Virus record (IMG/VR): IMGVR_UViG_3300048861_000262
Location: 1-46,600 of that record
DNA length: 46,600 nucleotides
Strand: one strand, 5' to 3'
Source: a virus
Lineage: Duplodnaviria > Caudoviricetes
Part shown: piece by piece, positions 46,183 through 46,600 of the stretch
Position numbering within the stretch: position 1 is the stretch's first letter
Layout: every line of letters starts with the position of its first letter
Notes under the pieces: model-generated
The model's input: only the letters and a program-made list of their open reading frames with translations
What the model was told of the DNA's origin: nothing
Database searches by the model: none
Program-made: the position numbers and the translations under genes

Positions 46183-46600
46183 TAAAAAGCCTGTTTTCGC
46201 CGTGGCACCGATGATCGACTGGACTGACCGGCATTGCAGGTATCTGCACCGGCAGATCAGCCGCCATGTGCTGCTCTATACCGAGATGGTGGCGGCGGAT
46301 GCGATTATCCATGGGCCGCGCGACCGGCTGCTGGGGCATGATGCCAGCGAGCATCCCGTGGCGCTGCAGCTCGGCGGCTCCGATCCGGCCAAGCTTGCGG
46401 AAGCGGTGCGGATTGCCGAAGCTTATGATTACGACGAGATCAATCTCAATGTCGGCTGTCCATCGGATCGTGTGCAGTCGGGCGCGTTCGGCGCCTGCCT
46501 GATGCTGACGCCGGAGACGGTGGCGGCTTGCGTCGCGGCGATGAAGGCGGTGTCCAAGGCGCCGGTGACGGTGAAATGCCGGATCGGCGTCGATGAGCAG
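46175..46600 (+). CDS. dusA: tRNA-dihydrouridine synthase A (3' truncated by window; not in ORF track)
   Basis: Manual translation: [22 protein letters not shown]...LLYTEMV...[13 protein letters not shown]...[23 protein letters not shown]...[11 protein letters not shown]. Confidence 0.95.
   Translation, partial: MDYKKPVFAVAPMIDWTDRHCRYLHRQISRHVLLYTEMVAADAIIHGPRDRLLGHDASEHPVALQLGGSDPAKLAEAVRIAEAYDYDEINLNVGCPSDRVQSGAFGACLMLTPETVAACVAAMKAVSKAPVTVKCRIGVDEQ
46203..46224. other. Probable att core of prophage within 5' dusA
   Basis: dusA-associated integrases target the region encoding APMxDW; partner copy not in window, so limits are approximate. Confidence 0.5.

Larger units (their letters stand above)
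1..46224. mobile_element. Temperate podovirus-like prophage integrated in the 5' end of dusA (left end outside window)
   Basis: Continuous phage modules (packaging, T7/BPP-1-type head and tail, lysis, RecET, repressor/Cro, replication) ending with a tyrosine integrase next to dusA; right boundary approximate. Confidence 0.95.

Noticed and set aside
1-46200. Second copy of the att core
   Set aside because: No repeat of GCACCGATGATCGACTGG noticed by eye; the window starts inside phage genes, so the other att site is presumably further left

Overview
Almost the whole window (1 to ~46,220) is a temperate podovirus-type prophage with a BPP-1/epsilon15-like head and tail module. It is integrated in the 5' end of a host dusA gene by a dusA-associated tyrosine integrase. 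The host is probably a Rhizobiaceae-type alphaproteobacterium. The left prophage end lies outside the window. Order: a leftward accessory operon (1-5322), an AT-rich control region, then terminase, portal, scaffold, capsid, tail, ejection proteins, tailspike and holin/spanins (5772-32660). These are followed by a leftward RecE/RecT operon, the repressor/Cro switch, a replication module (helicase, SSB, VRR-NUC, primase, VirE-like ATPase), an Acb2-like gene, a displaced GH108 endolysin, the integrase and host dusA. Most notable observations: (i) four covarying hairpin+RBS elements with fixed spacing punctuate the small early genes; (ii) a ~315-nt promoter-driven structured non-coding region ends in two CCUCCUCCC (cuckoo/alpha-r14-type) hairpins; (iii) the TOPRIM domain of the primase is split, with its last motif on the downstream helicase and a HicA-like mini-gene in the gap; (iv) an Acb2-like anti-CBASS gene; (v) a dispersed TGTTGCG-N5-CGCAACA operator network; (vi) a 2521-aa polyvalent ejection protein. 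Family assignments come from motif recognition only; no searches were run.
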